This document shows, in pieces, positions 1 to 10,450 of a stretch of 64,000 nucleotides of DNA. The position numbers and the translations under genes were made by a program. The stretch's first letter is position 1, and every line of letters begins with the position of its first letter. The DNA is taken from NCBI GenBank assembly GCA_044372565.1, contig JBILRP010000003.1, positions 5,471 to 69,470 on the forward strand, given 5' to 3'. The DNA is from Bacilli bacterium. Lineage in GTDB: Bacteria; Bacillota_I; Bacilli_A; RFN20; CAG-826. The notes below the pieces were generated by a model. It was not told where the DNA came from, did not search any database, and saw only the letters and a list, made by a program, of their open reading frames with translations.

Positions 1-346
1 AGGAGCGTATTTAGCTCGATACATCGCTTTGAATTTAGTGGCCGCTGGGGTCGCTAAAAAAGTTGAAGTCCAAATTGCTTATATTATTGGCCAGGCAAAA
101 CCCGTATCCGTGACTCTCTTTACTTTTGGTACATTAAAAAAAGGTTTAAAAGAAAATAAAATTCTTACTATTATTCAAGAAGTTTTCTTCTTTAAACCAG
201 GTGAAATCATTAAAAATTTCTCCTTAACAAAACCAAAATTTCGATATCGTGACTTAGCAATTTATGGTCATTTTGGTCGCCCTGATCTTGATGTTCCGTG
301 GGAAAAGGCTGACCGAGTGGATGCCATCAAGTCATTACTCAAATAA
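1..346 (+). CDS. metK: S-adenosylmethionine synthetase, C-terminal fragment (gene begins upstream of window)
   Basis: Frame 2 reads ...GAYLARYIALNLVAAGVAKKVEVQIAYIIGQAKPVSVTLFTFGT...DLAIYGHFGR, matching the conserved MetK C-terminus; stop at 344-346. Confidence 0.85.
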   Translation, partial: GAYLARYIALNLVAAGVAKKVEVQIAYIIGQAKPVSVTLFTFGTLKKGLKENKILTIIQEVFFFKPGEIIKNFSLTKPKFRYRDLAIYGHFGRPDLDVPWEKADRVDAIKSLLK

Positions 347-413
347 AATCACAAATAACCTACCTTAATGAAGCAAAAGTTGAGATAATGGAGTTAAGAA
401 AAGGGGTGGAAAT

Positions 414-962
414 ATGAAATATCAAATTGTCGGAAAAAATATTGAGGTTACCGCTGCCATTTCTAACAAGATTCAAACAAAACTAAAGAGACTAGATAAG
501 TTTTTTGTCATCACGGATGAAGTCACTTGTCGAGCTCTAGTTCGCTCCTATAAGGTTGGTGCAAAAGTTGAAATCACCATTTTTACTTCCATGATGGATT
601 TAAGAGCCGAAGTGAAACATGATGATTTATATGCAGCCGTTGATCTCGCTTTGGATAAATTAGAAAATCAACTGAGAAAATTAAAAACAAGAATTAAAGA
701 TTATAAGGCTCCAAGTTTGGGTGAATCGATTATTCTTGATGCTATTCAAGCCGAAGATAAAGTCAGCAAACTAGACCAAGTCATAAGAACAAAATCTTTA
801 TTTTTATCACCGATGACGGTTGAAGAAGCAATCACAAGAATGGACGCGTTAGGCCATAGTTTCTTTGTCTACCTCGATATTGAAGATAAACAAATAAGTG
901 TTCTCTACCATCGTCATGATGGCGGTCTTGGTTTAATCCAAGCAGAAAATAAACTTCAATAA
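414..962 (+). CDS. hpf: ribosome hibernation promoting factor, long form
   Basis: 182 aa; N-terminal MKYQIVGKNIEVTAAISNKIQTKLKRL resembles the sigma-54 modulation/ribosome-associated inhibitor fold; C-terminal dimerisation extension; GGGG-type RBS 8 nt upstream. Confidence 0.9.
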   Translation: MKYQIVGKNIEVTAAISNKIQTKLKRLDKFFVITDEVTCRALVRSYKVGAKVEITIFTSMMDLRAEVKHDDLYAAVDLALDKLENQLRKLKTRIKDYKAPSLGESIILDAIQAEDKVSKLDQVIRTKSLFLSPMTVEEAITRMDALGHSFFVYLDIEDKQISVLYHRHDGGLGLIQAENKLQ

Positions 963-965
963 ATC

Positions 966-1802
966 ATGTCTAAACTAATTGCGATTGATTTAGACGGAAC
1001 TTTGTTTTATCCAAAAAAACGGATAAAACTAGTATCAAAAGAAAACATTAGATTTTTAAAATGGGCAAAAGCCAATGGTCATGAAGTGGTTTTTGTCACG
1101 TCTAGAAATCGTCAATTTGTCGAGAAAGTTTTAAAAGAGATAGACCTAGATATAGACTTTGTCTGTCGAAATGGTTGCGTTGTGGTTCATGACCATCAAG
1201 TGATTCTCGATAAAGTGATGGCCAAAGAAGATGTTCAAAAAGTCACATCATTCATCCAACAACGGCATCAACGATATATGTTTTCAATAGATACCAAAGA
1301 ATCTTCCAATATTGTTTTTACGAGTGCTTACATTTGGTATTTAAATATCATGTATCGCATGTATTATTTTTTACAAGGTCGATATCGGGAAGATTTTGAT
1401 AAAAATAATTCTAGATTTGAAAAAGAAATGAAGCAATCATCCACCATCCAACGATTGCTGATTTACTTTGGTTTAGGTAAAAAAGCAAATAAGTTAGCAT
1501 TAGAAGAATCTCAAGTTCTCAAACATCAATTTCCAAAATTAGAAATTGCCTGGATCAATGGTTTAATTGAAGTGGCCTCATTGGGGACAAATAAAGGGCA
1601 ATCCCTTACTAAATTAGTCGAAGCAAAAAAGTGTAACAAAGATGATGTGATCGTCATCGGAGATTCTGGCAATGATGTATCGATGTTTCAAATGTTTGCC
1701 CATAGTTATTGCATGGATCACGCTCATCCTTCCATCAAAAAACATGCTCGAGATGTCATTAAACGAGTTCATCATCTGCAAAAAATCATCACCTCAAGAT
1801 AA
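966..1802 (+). CDS. Cof-type HAD-IIB family hydrolase (sugar phosphatase)
   Basis: Motif I IAIDLDGTL and motif IV IGDSGNDVSMF. Confidence 0.8.
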   Translation: MSKLIAIDLDGTLFYPKKRIKLVSKENIRFLKWAKANGHEVVFVTSRNRQFVEKVLKEIDLDIDFVCRNGCVVVHDHQVILDKVMAKEDVQKVTSFIQQRHQRYMFSIDTKESSNIVFTSAYIWYLNIMYRMYYFLQGRYREDFDKNNSRFEKEMKQSSTIQRLLIYFGLGKKANKLALEESQVLKHQFPKLEIAWINGLIEVASLGTNKGQSLTKLVEAKKCNKDDVIVIGDSGNDVSMFQMFAHSYCMDHAHPSIKKHARDVIKRVHHLQKIITSR

Positions 1803-1852
1803 TTCATTGATAAAGAACGAAAATATTGTTAAAATCAACCTAGGAAAAACAC

Positions 1853-2194
1853 ATGGCTAAAACAATTAAACAACCACTGACAATTGCCCAATGGATTTGG
1901 GGAATCTTATCGTTTGCTACAATCCTTGGGGGTTTAACCTTAGGTACGTTAGGATTTTTAAGAGATATGCTTGGTTTACCGTATGAGCAAAATTGGATTC
2001 GGATTGCGGAAAATGCAATGAACGAATTTCTTGTCACGAATTTACCTTGGCAAACATGGGGCACCATCCTGTTGGCATTTGGGGTGATTGTCTTTGCCTT
2101 ATTAATGAATCGCCTCGCCACAGAAGAAGAACGATTACTAGAAAAATCTAATCGCCGAGCCCAACGACTCCAAGATGCAAAAATTGCTGAATAA
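1853..2194 (+). CDS. small hypothetical membrane protein (2 predicted TM helices)
   Basis: 113-aa ORF with two hydrophobic stretches (WIWGILSFATILGGLTLGTL; ILLAFGVIVFALL); sits between flanking genes; weak RBS. Confidence 0.4.
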   Translation: MAKTIKQPLTIAQWIWGILSFATILGGLTLGTLGFLRDMLGLPYEQNWIRIAENAMNEFLVTNLPWQTWGTILLAFGVIVFALLMNRLATEEERLLEKSNRRAQRLQDAKIAE

Positions 2195-2209
2195 GCAATT
2201 TTTTAATCT

Positions 2210-3694
2210 ATGAAAACACGATACATCAATGGTATTTTTTATACACTCAATCCATTACAACCCAAAGTCAGTGAACTCTGGGTCGAAGACGGAAAGATTT
2301 CATTTTTAGGTTCCCATTCCGCTTGGCAAGCTGATCAAACCATTGATGCCCAAGGTTGGACATGTTTTCCAGGATTTGTTGATTCTCATCTTCATCTGAT
2401 TGGCTACGGAGAACATCTCTCGTTACTTCAACTTCATAAAAACCCAAATACTCAACTCGTGTTATCTCAGGTCAAGGCCCGCTTTCAAGGTCGACCTTTG
2501 TATGCACAAGGCCATGTTGAACAAGCGCTTACCAAGCTTGATTTAGATACTATTTCATCGTCAATACCAATCTTACTGAGGCACGCAGATTTTCATGGAG
2601 CAACCGTCAATTCAGCCATGCTTCATCAGATTGGATTAGACAATCATCCTACTGGCGTTCTCCACGAAGCAGATGCCTTAAAAGCGGTGCAAGCACTCCC
2701 TAAATATCATCAAGATGATCTAGTCAAGATGATCACCATTGCCATCAAAAAATTACATGAATTTGGCATCACGGGTGGTCACACCGATGATTTATATTAC
2801 TTCAATGGTTTTCATGAAGTTGTTTCTGCTTATCAAAAGGTGTTAACAACTCTGCCATTTCGAACCCATCTTCTCATTCACCACTTGGTATTGGATGCGT
2901 ATGAACCATGGATGAAAAACAATTCTTATCAACATCCTTTTCTTGAATTTGGCGCAGTTGGAGAAATATTCTACGATGGAACTTTATCAAGCAAGACTGC
3001 ATTGATGCACCATCCTTACCAAGGTGGTCAAGGGTTTGGAGTACGGCAATTTTCCAACCAAGAATGGCTCACCATCGTCAAACGTATTCGCCGATTAGGA
3101 TTACCAATCGCGGTTCACGCCATTGGTGATTTGGCACTTGATGAAGTTGTCGATACGCTTATTGCCAACCCTGTTAAGGCGGGGTTACATGACCGGATTA
3201 TCCATGCATCGTTTGCAAAAAAAACCACCCTGGATAAACTCACAACTATCCCAGTGATGCTTGACATCCAACCTCAATTTGTCACCAGTGATTTACCATG
3301 GGCCTTTCAGATTATTTCTAGCGAAACTGAATTAATTTATCCTTTTAAAACTTATGTAAATCACGAACTCATCTTATGTGGTGGTAGTGATGCGCCTGTT
3401 GAAGTCCCAGATCCATTGAAAGGCATTCAATCAGCGTATCAGCGGCATTTAACATCGTTGGCATCTTCGTTTCAACCGGAAGAACGACTATCAATGTTAG
3501 AATCAGTTCAGCTTTATACCACGGGTGCGAATGCCCCTTCTTATCAATCTCACCGCCAAGGTAAACTTGCAGTTGGTTCTGTTGCAGACTTGACGTTTGT
3601 CAGTGAAGACTTTATCGCCAATCCAACAAGATTAGCAACGGCAAAGGTGATGATGACCGTGGTCAATGATCACATCGTTTATCGCAAACATTAA
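2210..3694 (+). CDS. metal-dependent amidohydrolase (amidohydrolase-3/YtcJ-like)
   Basis: 494 aa; FPGFVDSHLHLIGYG metal-binding HxH motif near N-terminus; later HAIGD and HAS motifs typical of the amidohydrolase superfamily. Confidence 0.8.
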   Translation: MKTRYINGIFYTLNPLQPKVSELWVEDGKISFLGSHSAWQADQTIDAQGWTCFPGFVDSHLHLIGYGEHLSLLQLHKNPNTQLVLSQVKARFQGRPLYAQGHVEQALTKLDLDTISSSIPILLRHADFHGATVNSAMLHQIGLDNHPTGVLHEADALKAVQALPKYHQDDLVKMITIAIKKLHEFGITGGHTDDLYYFNGFHEVVSAYQKVLTTLPFRTHLLIHHLVLDAYEPWMKNNSYQHPFLEFGAVGEIFYDGTLSSKTALMHHPYQGGQGFGVRQFSNQEWLTIVKRIRRLGLPIAVHAIGDLALDEVVDTLIANPVKAGLHDRIIHASFAKKTTLDKLTTIPVMLDIQPQFVTSDLPWAFQIISSETELIYPFKTYVNHELILCGGSDAPVEVPDPLKGIQSAYQRHLTSLASSFQPEERLSMLESVQLYTTGANAPSYQSHRQGKLAVGSVADLTFVSEDFIANPTRLATAKVMMTVVNDHIVYRKH

Positions 3695-3858
3695 ACAATC
3701 CTAAGTCATCTCATCAACATCCATCAACAAACGAAAAGATAATTTCCACCATCGTTGTTATTAAAATTTATAAAGGCAGATGACCCATTGAAACCAGTCT
3801 CTATACCAGCAAAGCATGTTTGTAGGACTGCAAAAATAATGATTAGTTTTGTAATTTA

Positions 3859-3950
3859 TGGCGGAGAAAGAGGGATTTGAACCCTCGCGCCCGGTTAAGG
3901 ACCTACAAGCTTTCCAAGCCTGCCCCTTCAGCCTCTTGGGTATTTCTCCG
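3859..3950 (-). tRNA. tRNA-Ser (anticodon GGA)
   Basis: Reverse complement folds as a type II tRNA: acceptor GGAGAAA/TTTCTCC, anticodon loop TTGGAAA (GGA), long variable arm, TTCAAAT T-loop, encoded CCA. Confidence 0.85.
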
Positions 3951-3995
3951 TAAATTTGATTATAACAAAACTAACCTAAAGGAGTCATCAATAAG

Positions 3996-4977
3996 TGTTA
4001 AAATGGTCAAGATGAAACAAATCACCATCACTGCTCAAAACGCAAATCAACGAGCAGATAAATTTATAAGAAAATGGTTAAAGGAAGCTCCACTTAGTTT
4101 TATCTATCGGGTTTTTCGCAAGAAAGACGTCAAGGTCAATGGTAAACGGATCACCATTCAATATATTCTCCAACCTGGAGATATCATGGAAGTGTATGTC
4201 ACGGACAAACAGTTACTTGATTTTACCGTCCATCGTCGCTATCAAAAAAAGCCACTGAACCTTCCGATTTTATATGAAGACGACCATTGCATGCTGATTC
4301 ATAAGCCCAAAGGCTTATTGGTTCAAGGTGAAGATGACACAAGGCAACATACCTTAACCGAAATGGTCATTGAACATTTGTATTTCCACGATTTGTTTAA
4401 TCCAGATGCTCCAGGGTTTACCCCTGCCCCAGGACACCGATTGGATCGGAATACCAGTGGATTGGTTCTTTATGGCAAAACCATCGAAGGGTTACAATCC
4501 CTTCATCGCTTATTCAAGGAACGAGAAGATTTAAACAAACAGTATTTAGCCCTTGTGGTTGGAAAACTGACAGGTAAAGGAAAAATTGATTTACCTTTAA
4601 TTAAGGACGAAACCAATAAAATGGTCTACGTTGCTCATCCTCCAATTAAAGGTTTATCAGCAATCACCGAATATGAAGTCATCGCTCATTATGGAGATTT
4701 TACATTGGTTAAAATTCAGTTGATTACTGGAAGAACTCATCAAATTCGCGTGCATATGCAAGCCATCAATCATCCAGTGGCGGGCGATCGTAAATATGGA
4801 GATTTTCATGCCAATCGATGGCTAAAAGATCAATTTCGATATGAACACCAATTCCTTCATGCGAGTGAACTTTCCTTTAGTCAACTTGAAGGGGTTCTTT
4901 CAGGGTTATCAGGGAAAACATTTACTCTAAAATTAGATGCACAAGAAGAAGAATTATTGATAAAATTAAAAGCGTGA
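3996..4977 (+). CDS. RluA-family 23S rRNA pseudouridine synthase (RluC/RluD-like) with N-terminal S4 domain
   Basis: HRLDRNTSGLVLYGKT catalytic-Asp motif; S4-like N-terminus. Start is uncertain (GTG 3996, ATG 4004 or ATG 4013) because the six-frame ORF extends upstream into the tRNA-Ser gene; GGAG at 3981-3984. Confidence 0.85.
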
Positions 4978-6698
4978 AGTCAAACCCTAACAGTCGTTAT
5001 CAAACTTGGTTAAACCATCCATCGATGACAAAAGAGGATCGTTTGATTCTTGAACGTTATTCTCCTTCCGAAATTGATGATGCATTTTTCAAGGACATTG
5101 AATTTGGTACTGCAGGTATGCGTGGCATTATGGGTCCAGGATCAAATCGAATCAACCCCTATACCATTACGAAAGCAACCATTGCGTATGGGTTGATGTT
5201 AAAAGAGCAATATCCTCATCAACTTGAACGTGGGGTCATGATTGCCCACGACAATCGCCATGGTGCTATTGCTTTTACTGAATTGGTGTCTAACATTCTT
5301 AATTCAATGGGCATTGATACTTTTACCTTTAAAGAATTGATTCCTACACCCCTTCTTTCTTACGCTGTTCGACATCTTCGTGCATTAGGTGGCATCATGC
5401 TGACCGCTTCTCACAACCCTAAACAATACAACGGTGTAAAAGTTTATGATGATCAAGGTTGTCAATTGGTCCCACAAAAGATTCAACCGATGTTAAATCA
5501 TTTATCAACATTACCCGATGCTTTATCCTCATCTGTTCCAGAATCTACCATCAAAGGAAAGCATCGAATTGTTCATGATGACGTTGAACAAACGTATCTT
5601 GAAAAAGTAAAAAGTCTTCAACGACTTCCATCGTTAACGAAGAAAGATTTTCGAATTGTTTTTTCTCCACAGCATGGGGCCAGTTATCGTATCCTCCCTC
5701 AACTCTTTCATGAATTAGGCTACCAACTTTCTGTTGTGAAAAACCAAGCATTGCCTGATCCAAATTTTTCCGGAACTTTATCACCCAATCCAGAAGAAAA
5801 ACTTGCTTATCAAGAAGCAATTAAACTAGCTGAAAGACAAAAAGCTCATTTGATTATGGTGGCAGATCCAGATGCTGATCGGGTTGGACTAGCCTATCTT
5901 AATAGTCGAGGAAGTTATGTGTTACTCAATGGCAATGAATCTGCTGCTTTATTGATTCATTACTTATTATCGCAAAGAAAACTCAATCATGATTTACCTA
6001 TTCAGGGTGTTGTTTATGACACGATTGTGAGTTCTCCGTTAGCGAGAAAAATCGCTCAATCATTTGGTTTAAGAACCGAAACATTTTTAACTGGATTCAA
6101 ATTTATTGGCGATCGAATCGCTTTTTATGAAACGCATGCCGGACCTCAGTTTATCTTTGGATATGAAGAATCCTATGGCTGCCTGATTGGAGATTTTGTC
6201 CGCGATAAAGATGCCATTCAAGCCTTGTTATTGTATGCAGAAATGTCATTATTTTATTTTCATCAAGGAAAAGATTTAGGCCAAGCGTTGAGTGCGATTT
6301 TCAATGAGTTTGGCTACCATCTCGATCGGCAGTTTTCTCTCACACTTTCAGGGAAAGAAGGCGCTGATTTTCTTAATCAGTTGATGAAACAGCTTCGATT
6401 AACCCCTTTTAAACCCCTTTCTGGTCACAAAGTTTTGCTCGTTGAAGATTTTCAAACCCAAACGAAAAAAGATCTTGAGGGTCATCAATCCAATATTGCT
6501 TTGCCAATGTCCAATGTGATTAAATTTAGTTTTGAAGACGGGTCGACCATTGTGGTTAGACCAAGTGGAACTGAACCAAAATGTAAATTCTACTTCTCAA
6601 TCACGGATCAATCCATGCAAGCATGTGAAGCAAAACTTTCAGCCTATATTGACGCTTTTTCTAAGATTTATTTATCTGAAGATAAACGCTTGAAGTAG
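4974..6698 (+). CDS. pgcA: phosphoglucomutase/phosphomannomutase (alpha-D-phosphohexomutase family)
   Basis: 574 aa; active-site GIMLTASHNP with phosphoserine; N-terminus is PgcA-like; GTG start overlaps the preceding TGA. Confidence 0.85.
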   Translation: MKSNPNSRYQTWLNHPSMTKEDRLILERYSPSEIDDAFFKDIEFGTAGMRGIMGPGSNRINPYTITKATIAYGLMLKEQYPHQLERGVMIAHDNRHGAIAFTELVSNILNSMGIDTFTFKELIPTPLLSYAVRHLRALGGIMLTASHNPKQYNGVKVYDDQGCQLVPQKIQPMLNHLSTLPDALSSSVPESTIKGKHRIVHDDVEQTYLEKVKSLQRLPSLTKKDFRIVFSPQHGASYRILPQLFHELGYQLSVVKNQALPDPNFSGTLSPNPEEKLAYQEAIKLAERQKAHLIMVADPDADRVGLAYLNSRGSYVLLNGNESAALLIHYLLSQRKLNHDLPIQGVVYDTIVSSPLARKIAQSFGLRTETFLTGFKFIGDRIAFYETHAGPQFIFGYEESYGCLIGDFVRDKDAIQALLLYAEMSLFYFHQGKDLGQALSAIFNEFGYHLDRQFSLTLSGKEGADFLNQLMKQLRLTPFKPLSGHKVLLVEDFQTQTKKDLEGHQSNIALPMSNVIKFSFEDGSTIVVRPSGTEPKCKFYFSITDQSMQACEAKLSAYIDAFSKIYLSEDKRLK

Positions 6699-7495
6699 CG
6701 TTGTAGTTCATCAACAATACCATCATGGTGATGGTCTTTCTTTGTGATGTATGTTCCATACTTTTTAATTGGAGATTCGGCATTCTTCATCACAAACCCA
6801 TGGGTTGCTAACTTAAGCATTTCTTTATCGTTCTCAGCGTCGCCAAAGCTAATGAAATATTTTCGAGAAATATTATATATTTTTAGAATTTCTAGAAGTG
6901 CAGACCCTTTAGAAATATGCCCAAAGTAAATTTCACAGAAAAGCGATGTGCCCCAGAAGCGAACCTTTAATCCTTTGTGCTTTTTGACAGCCTTGAATAC
7001 GCGTTCATCTTCATGTTGATTTCTTTTTTTAACTTTGATGATCATGGTCATTGGATCTTCGTGAAGTGTTTCAATAAGAGGACCATAGATTATATTCATG
7101 TTGTCGTGCCAAAAAAAGGAAGCTAAGTTTTTTTCTTCTTTCAGTAACCATATATCCTTATTAGTCTCGCACATGACATTATCAATGGCTGCTAAACCAA
7201 TATCTTGATAAATAGTTTTGACAATCGCCTGAGGAAACGAAAATGATTTAGTCTGAAAAGTTGTATCCGTAGGGTTGGTGACATAGGCACCGTTATAGCA
7301 AACCATCGGTGTTTTTAATCCAAGTTGTTGGTAATACTTGATAAACGATCGATATGGGCGCCCTGTGGCAAGCACGATTGTATGGGAAGATTGAATGGAT
7401 TTTAAATATTTAAGGGTGGTTGGTGAGATTTTCTTTTGTTTATTCAATAAAGTTCCATCTAAATCCAAGGCAATTAAATGGCGAGGGGTTACCAT
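6668..7495 (-). CDS. Cof-type HAD-IIB family hydrolase
   Basis: LIALDLDGTLL motif I; FGDAENDKEML motif IV. Confidence 0.8.
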   Translation of the reverse strand: MVTPRHLIALDLDGTLLNKQKKISPTTLKYLKSIQSSHTIVLATGRPYRSFIKYYQQLGLKTPMVCYNGAYVTNPTDTTFQTKSFSFPQAIVKTIYQDIGLAAIDNVMCETNKDIWLLKEEKNLASFFWHDNMNIIYGPLIETLHEDPMTMIIKVKKRNQHEDERVFKAVKKHKGLKVRFWGTSLFCEIYFGHISKGSALLEILKIYNISRKYFISFGDAENDKEMLKLATHGFVMKNAESPIKKYGTYITKKDHHHDGIVDELQRYFKRLSSDK

Positions 7496-8469
7496 AAGCC
7501 AATCACCTTTTTAACTCTTTGTAAGGTAGCATTAGCAACCAATTGAGCACGCTTGGACCCTTCGAGAAGAACGCGTTCAACCATGCCGCTTTGCATCATG
7601 GTTTGATATCGTTGTTGTAACTTACCAAGATGATCAACGACCACATCAGCGACTTTGGTTTTAAAACCACCATAGGTTAGTGTCTTCACACTTTCAACCG
7701 TGTTAGCAATTGATTGATCGGTTAAACTCGCAAGGATGGTGAGTAAATTACTAATGCCGGGTTTGTTAACCTCATCAAATCGAATGGATGTTTCTGAATC
7801 TGTGACGGCGCTCATAATTTTTTTTCGAATGGACACTAAGTCTTCTTTGAGCTCAATATTTCCTTTAGGTTCGGATTTAGACATTTTTTTGCTTGGATCT
7901 GCTAGGGACATGATTCGAGTACCCACAGAACCTAACTGCGCTTTAGGCATGACCAACACATCACCAAATCGATTGTTAAATCGTTGAACGAGATCTCTGG
8001 TTAATTCTAAATGTTGCACTTGGTCTTCGCCAACGGGAACCATTTGTGCATCATAAAGAAGAATATCGCTTGCCATTAACACTGGATAAGCAAACAAACC
8101 AAGGCCGATGGCTGCTTCCTTCATTTGTTGTGATTTTTCTTTGAATTGAGTCATTCTCGACAACTCACCCATGTAGATAAAATTTTGAAGGATGGTGTTG
8201 AGTTCCGCGTGAGCAGATACTTGGGACTGAAGAAAAATAGTGCTTTGGTTTGGATCTAAACCTGCTGCTAAATAAAAAGCAGCAATATCCATGGTGTTAT
8301 CTTTTAATGTTTGTGGATCGATGGGTAAAGTAAGGGCATGTAAATCAGCGATAAATAAAAAAGTTTGATAGTCTTTTTGATAGGCTGGGAAACGTTTGAG
8401 TGCCCCCAAATAATTACCTAACGTAAGGCCGCCAGTAGGCTTAATACCACTAATCATTCTTGTCATCAT
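7489..8469 (-). CDS. trpS: tryptophanyl-tRNA synthetase
   Basis: 326 aa; SGIKPTGGLTLGNYLGA (HIGH-region equivalent) and KMSKS motifs. Confidence 0.95.
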   Translation of the reverse strand: MMTRMISGIKPTGGLTLGNYLGALKRFPAYQKDYQTFLFIADLHALTLPIDPQTLKDNTMDIAAFYLAAGLDPNQSTIFLQSQVSAHAELNTILQNFIYMGELSRMTQFKEKSQQMKEAAIGLGLFAYPVLMASDILLYDAQMVPVGEDQVQHLELTRDLVQRFNNRFGDVLVMPKAQLGSVGTRIMSLADPSKKMSKSEPKGNIELKEDLVSIRKKIMSAVTDSETSIRFDEVNKPGISNLLTILASLTDQSIANTVESVKTLTYGGFKTKVADVVVDHLGKLQQRYQTMMQSGMVERVLLEGSKRAQLVANATLQRVKKVIGLW

Positions 8470-8575
8470 TTTAGTTTTTATTGCTTTCTAAATCATTTTA
8501 ACAAATCTTTTGTAAAGATACGATAAACATTAGGTAAACCGTACCATAAGGGGTATACTAAATGTAGGTATTTTG

Positions 8576-9010
8576 ATGGTTACTATTTACACATCTCCGA
8601 GCTGCTCAAGTTGCCGGAAAGTTAAAAAATGGTTTGAATTACAAGGTATTGCATACGAAGAACGCAATATTTTTTCCGCTACGTTAAATGAAAATGAACT
8701 CAAAGAGATGTTGGCTAAGACTGAGAATGGGACCGAGGACATAATTTCAACACGAAGTAAAATCATCAAGGAACAAAACCTTGATGTAGAAAACATGAGT
8801 ATCTCTCAATTGGTTCAATTTATTAGAGAAAATCCATCGGTTCTTAAAAGACCGATTATGGTTGATAATCGCCGTATTCAAGTCGGCTATAACGAAGAAG
8901 AAATTCGTACCTTTATTCCAGTGGAAAAACGCCAAGCATCCTATAAGGATAAATCACCTGATTTAAACAAAGTTAAAAAAACAAGAAATCCAAATCGTTC
9001 TGAAGAGTAG
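8576..9010 (+). CDS. spx: Spx/MgsR-family transcriptional regulator (ArsC-like fold)
   Basis: N-terminal MVTIYTSPSCSSCRKVKKW with the CxxC redox switch; about 144 aa; first ATG taken at 8576 (six-frame ORF begins with a TTG 3 nt earlier). Confidence 0.85.
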   Translation: MVTIYTSPSCSSCRKVKKWFELQGIAYEERNIFSATLNENELKEMLAKTENGTEDIISTRSKIIKEQNLDVENMSISQLVQFIRENPSVLKRPIMVDNRRIQVGYNEEEIRTFIPVEKRQASYKDKSPDLNKVKKTRNPNRSEE

Positions 9011-9013
9011 TGA

Positions 9014-9589
9014 TTATTTCAACGTTTTAATCGCGCGCGCATATTTTGAGACGTGATTGGCTTTGTAATCAATATTGGCTTTTTCACATAATAATTTTAA
9101 TGTTTCTGCCGCGTGCTTGAGTGAAGATTCTTCACTTTCTACCTCGAAATCAATTAATCCATGGTATGAATTTTTATCCAGACAAACATGGCGATTTTCA
9201 AACGTGGTTTCATATCGTTCAGTCGTCAACTGAGTAATAATCTGAAGCTTTGTTGTATCAAAACCAAACATTTCTAAAAAGTTTTTAATTAAACCAAGTG
9301 GGAAAACTTTTTTTGTTTTATAGACTAAATAAGCTTGTTCGGTCAGGGTTTGATTTTTTTCCAAGGTTCCCTCTGCCATGGGTGATTTTAAAGTAAGCGT
9401 AAAGGTTTGGTTTAATTCACGGATTCTTAGAGCAAAACCATATTTTCTCAATGAACCCATCGGATCATCAATATAGTAGTTGGTTTGAACAACCTTTAAT
9501 TTTTCTTCAATTTTTAAAAGCGATTTTAGTAAGTTAAATTCTTTTTCATTAACAAGAATTTTAGCCTCAATTTCAATGTTTGTTGACAT
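9014..9589 (-). CDS. CYTH-domain protein (YjbK-like triphosphate tunnel metalloenzyme)
   Basis: N-terminal EIEAKILV motif typical of CYTH; same position relative to nadK as B. subtilis yjbK. Confidence 0.7.
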   Translation of the reverse strand: MSTNIEIEAKILVNEKEFNLLKSLLKIEEKLKVVQTNYYIDDPMGSLRKYGFALRIRELNQTFTLTLKSPMAEGTLEKNQTLTEQAYLVYKTKKVFPLGLIKNFLEMFGFDTTKLQIITQLTTERYETTFENRHVCLDKNSYHGLIDFEVESEESSLKHAAETLKLLCEKANIDYKANHVSKYARAIKTLK

Positions 9590-9658
9590 ATAGGTTTCCT
9601 CTTCGCAGGTCTTTCAATGAATATGATAAAATAATTTACAGCAATATACCAAATCTTT

Positions 9659-10450
9659 ATGAAATATGCATTCATGACACGTGATGATCAACAATCACGA
9701 TCAATCAAAACTAAACTTGAAACTAAGCTAAACTCAGCTGGTCATGTTTTGAATGCTGAAAAGCCCGAATTGTTAATTTTTGTTGGTGGAGATGGAACTT
9801 TTTTAAGATCGATTCAAACCTATCTTCATGCGCTTGATTCGATGATTTTCGTAGGCATTCATACTGGAACCTTAGGCTTTTTTTGTGAATTTCATGATAC
9901 CCAGATCAATGACCTTATCAAAGCCATTCCAACCATGAAACGAACGAGTGCCGAGTATGCTTTGGTGGAATTGACACTCATCGGTAACCAAAAACATTCA
10001 TTTTATGCAGTCAATGAAGTTCGAGTTGAGAATCCTTTTCATACGTTTGTAACCGATGTATTTATTGACAATCAAGCATTACAAACCTTTCGAGGGACTG
10101 GGTTGATTGTTGCTTCGACCCTAGGCAGTAGTGCATACAATAAAAGTTTAGGTGGGGCTTTGGTTGACGTGACCAATCCAACGTTGCAATTGACAGAAAT
10201 GGCCACCATTCAAAACAATGCGTATCGGTCCTTAGGAAGTTCTTTGGTTTTGGATGCAAAACGAATCATCAGCTTCAAAGGTGATTTCAAAAAAGCCATT
10301 TTTGGTTATGATTACTTACTAGCCAATGTAGATGAAAGTATTAACGAAGTGACGGTCCGCTTAAGTCAAAAGACGTTTAAACTTTATCACCAAAAACAAA
10401 CCGCATACTTTGATACCTTAAAGAAAACCTTTGTTAAAAATGTGAATTAA
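9659..10450 (+). CDS. nadK: NAD kinase
   Basis: GGDGTFL motif; NE/D short motif; 263 aa. Confidence 0.9.
   Translation: MKYAFMTRDDQQSRSIKTKLETKLNSAGHVLNAEKPELLIFVGGDGTFLRSIQTYLHALDSMIFVGIHTGTLGFFCEFHDTQINDLIKAIPTMKRTSAEYALVELTLIGNQKHSFYAVNEVRVENPFHTFVTDVFIDNQALQTFRGTGLIVASTLGSSAYNKSLGGALVDVTNPTLQLTEMATIQNNAYRSLGSSLVLDAKRIISFKGDFKKAIFGYDYLLANVDESINEVTVRLSQKTFKLYHQKQTAYFDTLKKTFVKNVN

Noticed and set aside
1840-2121. Minus-strand 93-aa ORF overlapping the 1853-2194 plus-strand ORF
   Set aside because: The two are mutually exclusive. The plus-strand ORF is co-directional with its neighbours, has two clear TM-like segments and fills the intergenic gap. The minus-strand ORF has no supporting signal. 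Even the retained ORF is low-confidence.
3877-3995. 5' extension of the rluC-family ORF (MNPRARLRTYKLSKPAPSAS...) and ORF 21458-21565 / 21382-21630 overlapping tRNA genes
   Set aside because: These stretches coincide exactly with tRNA-Ser genes. Their translations are low-complexity, and conserved protein N-termini begin only after the tRNAs.
8470-8572. Possible T-box leader upstream of trpS
   Set aside because: The divergent intergenic region is only about 100 nt and shows no T-box consensus (no GGTGGNACCGCG) and no terminator/antiterminator pair. It is too short for a T-box.
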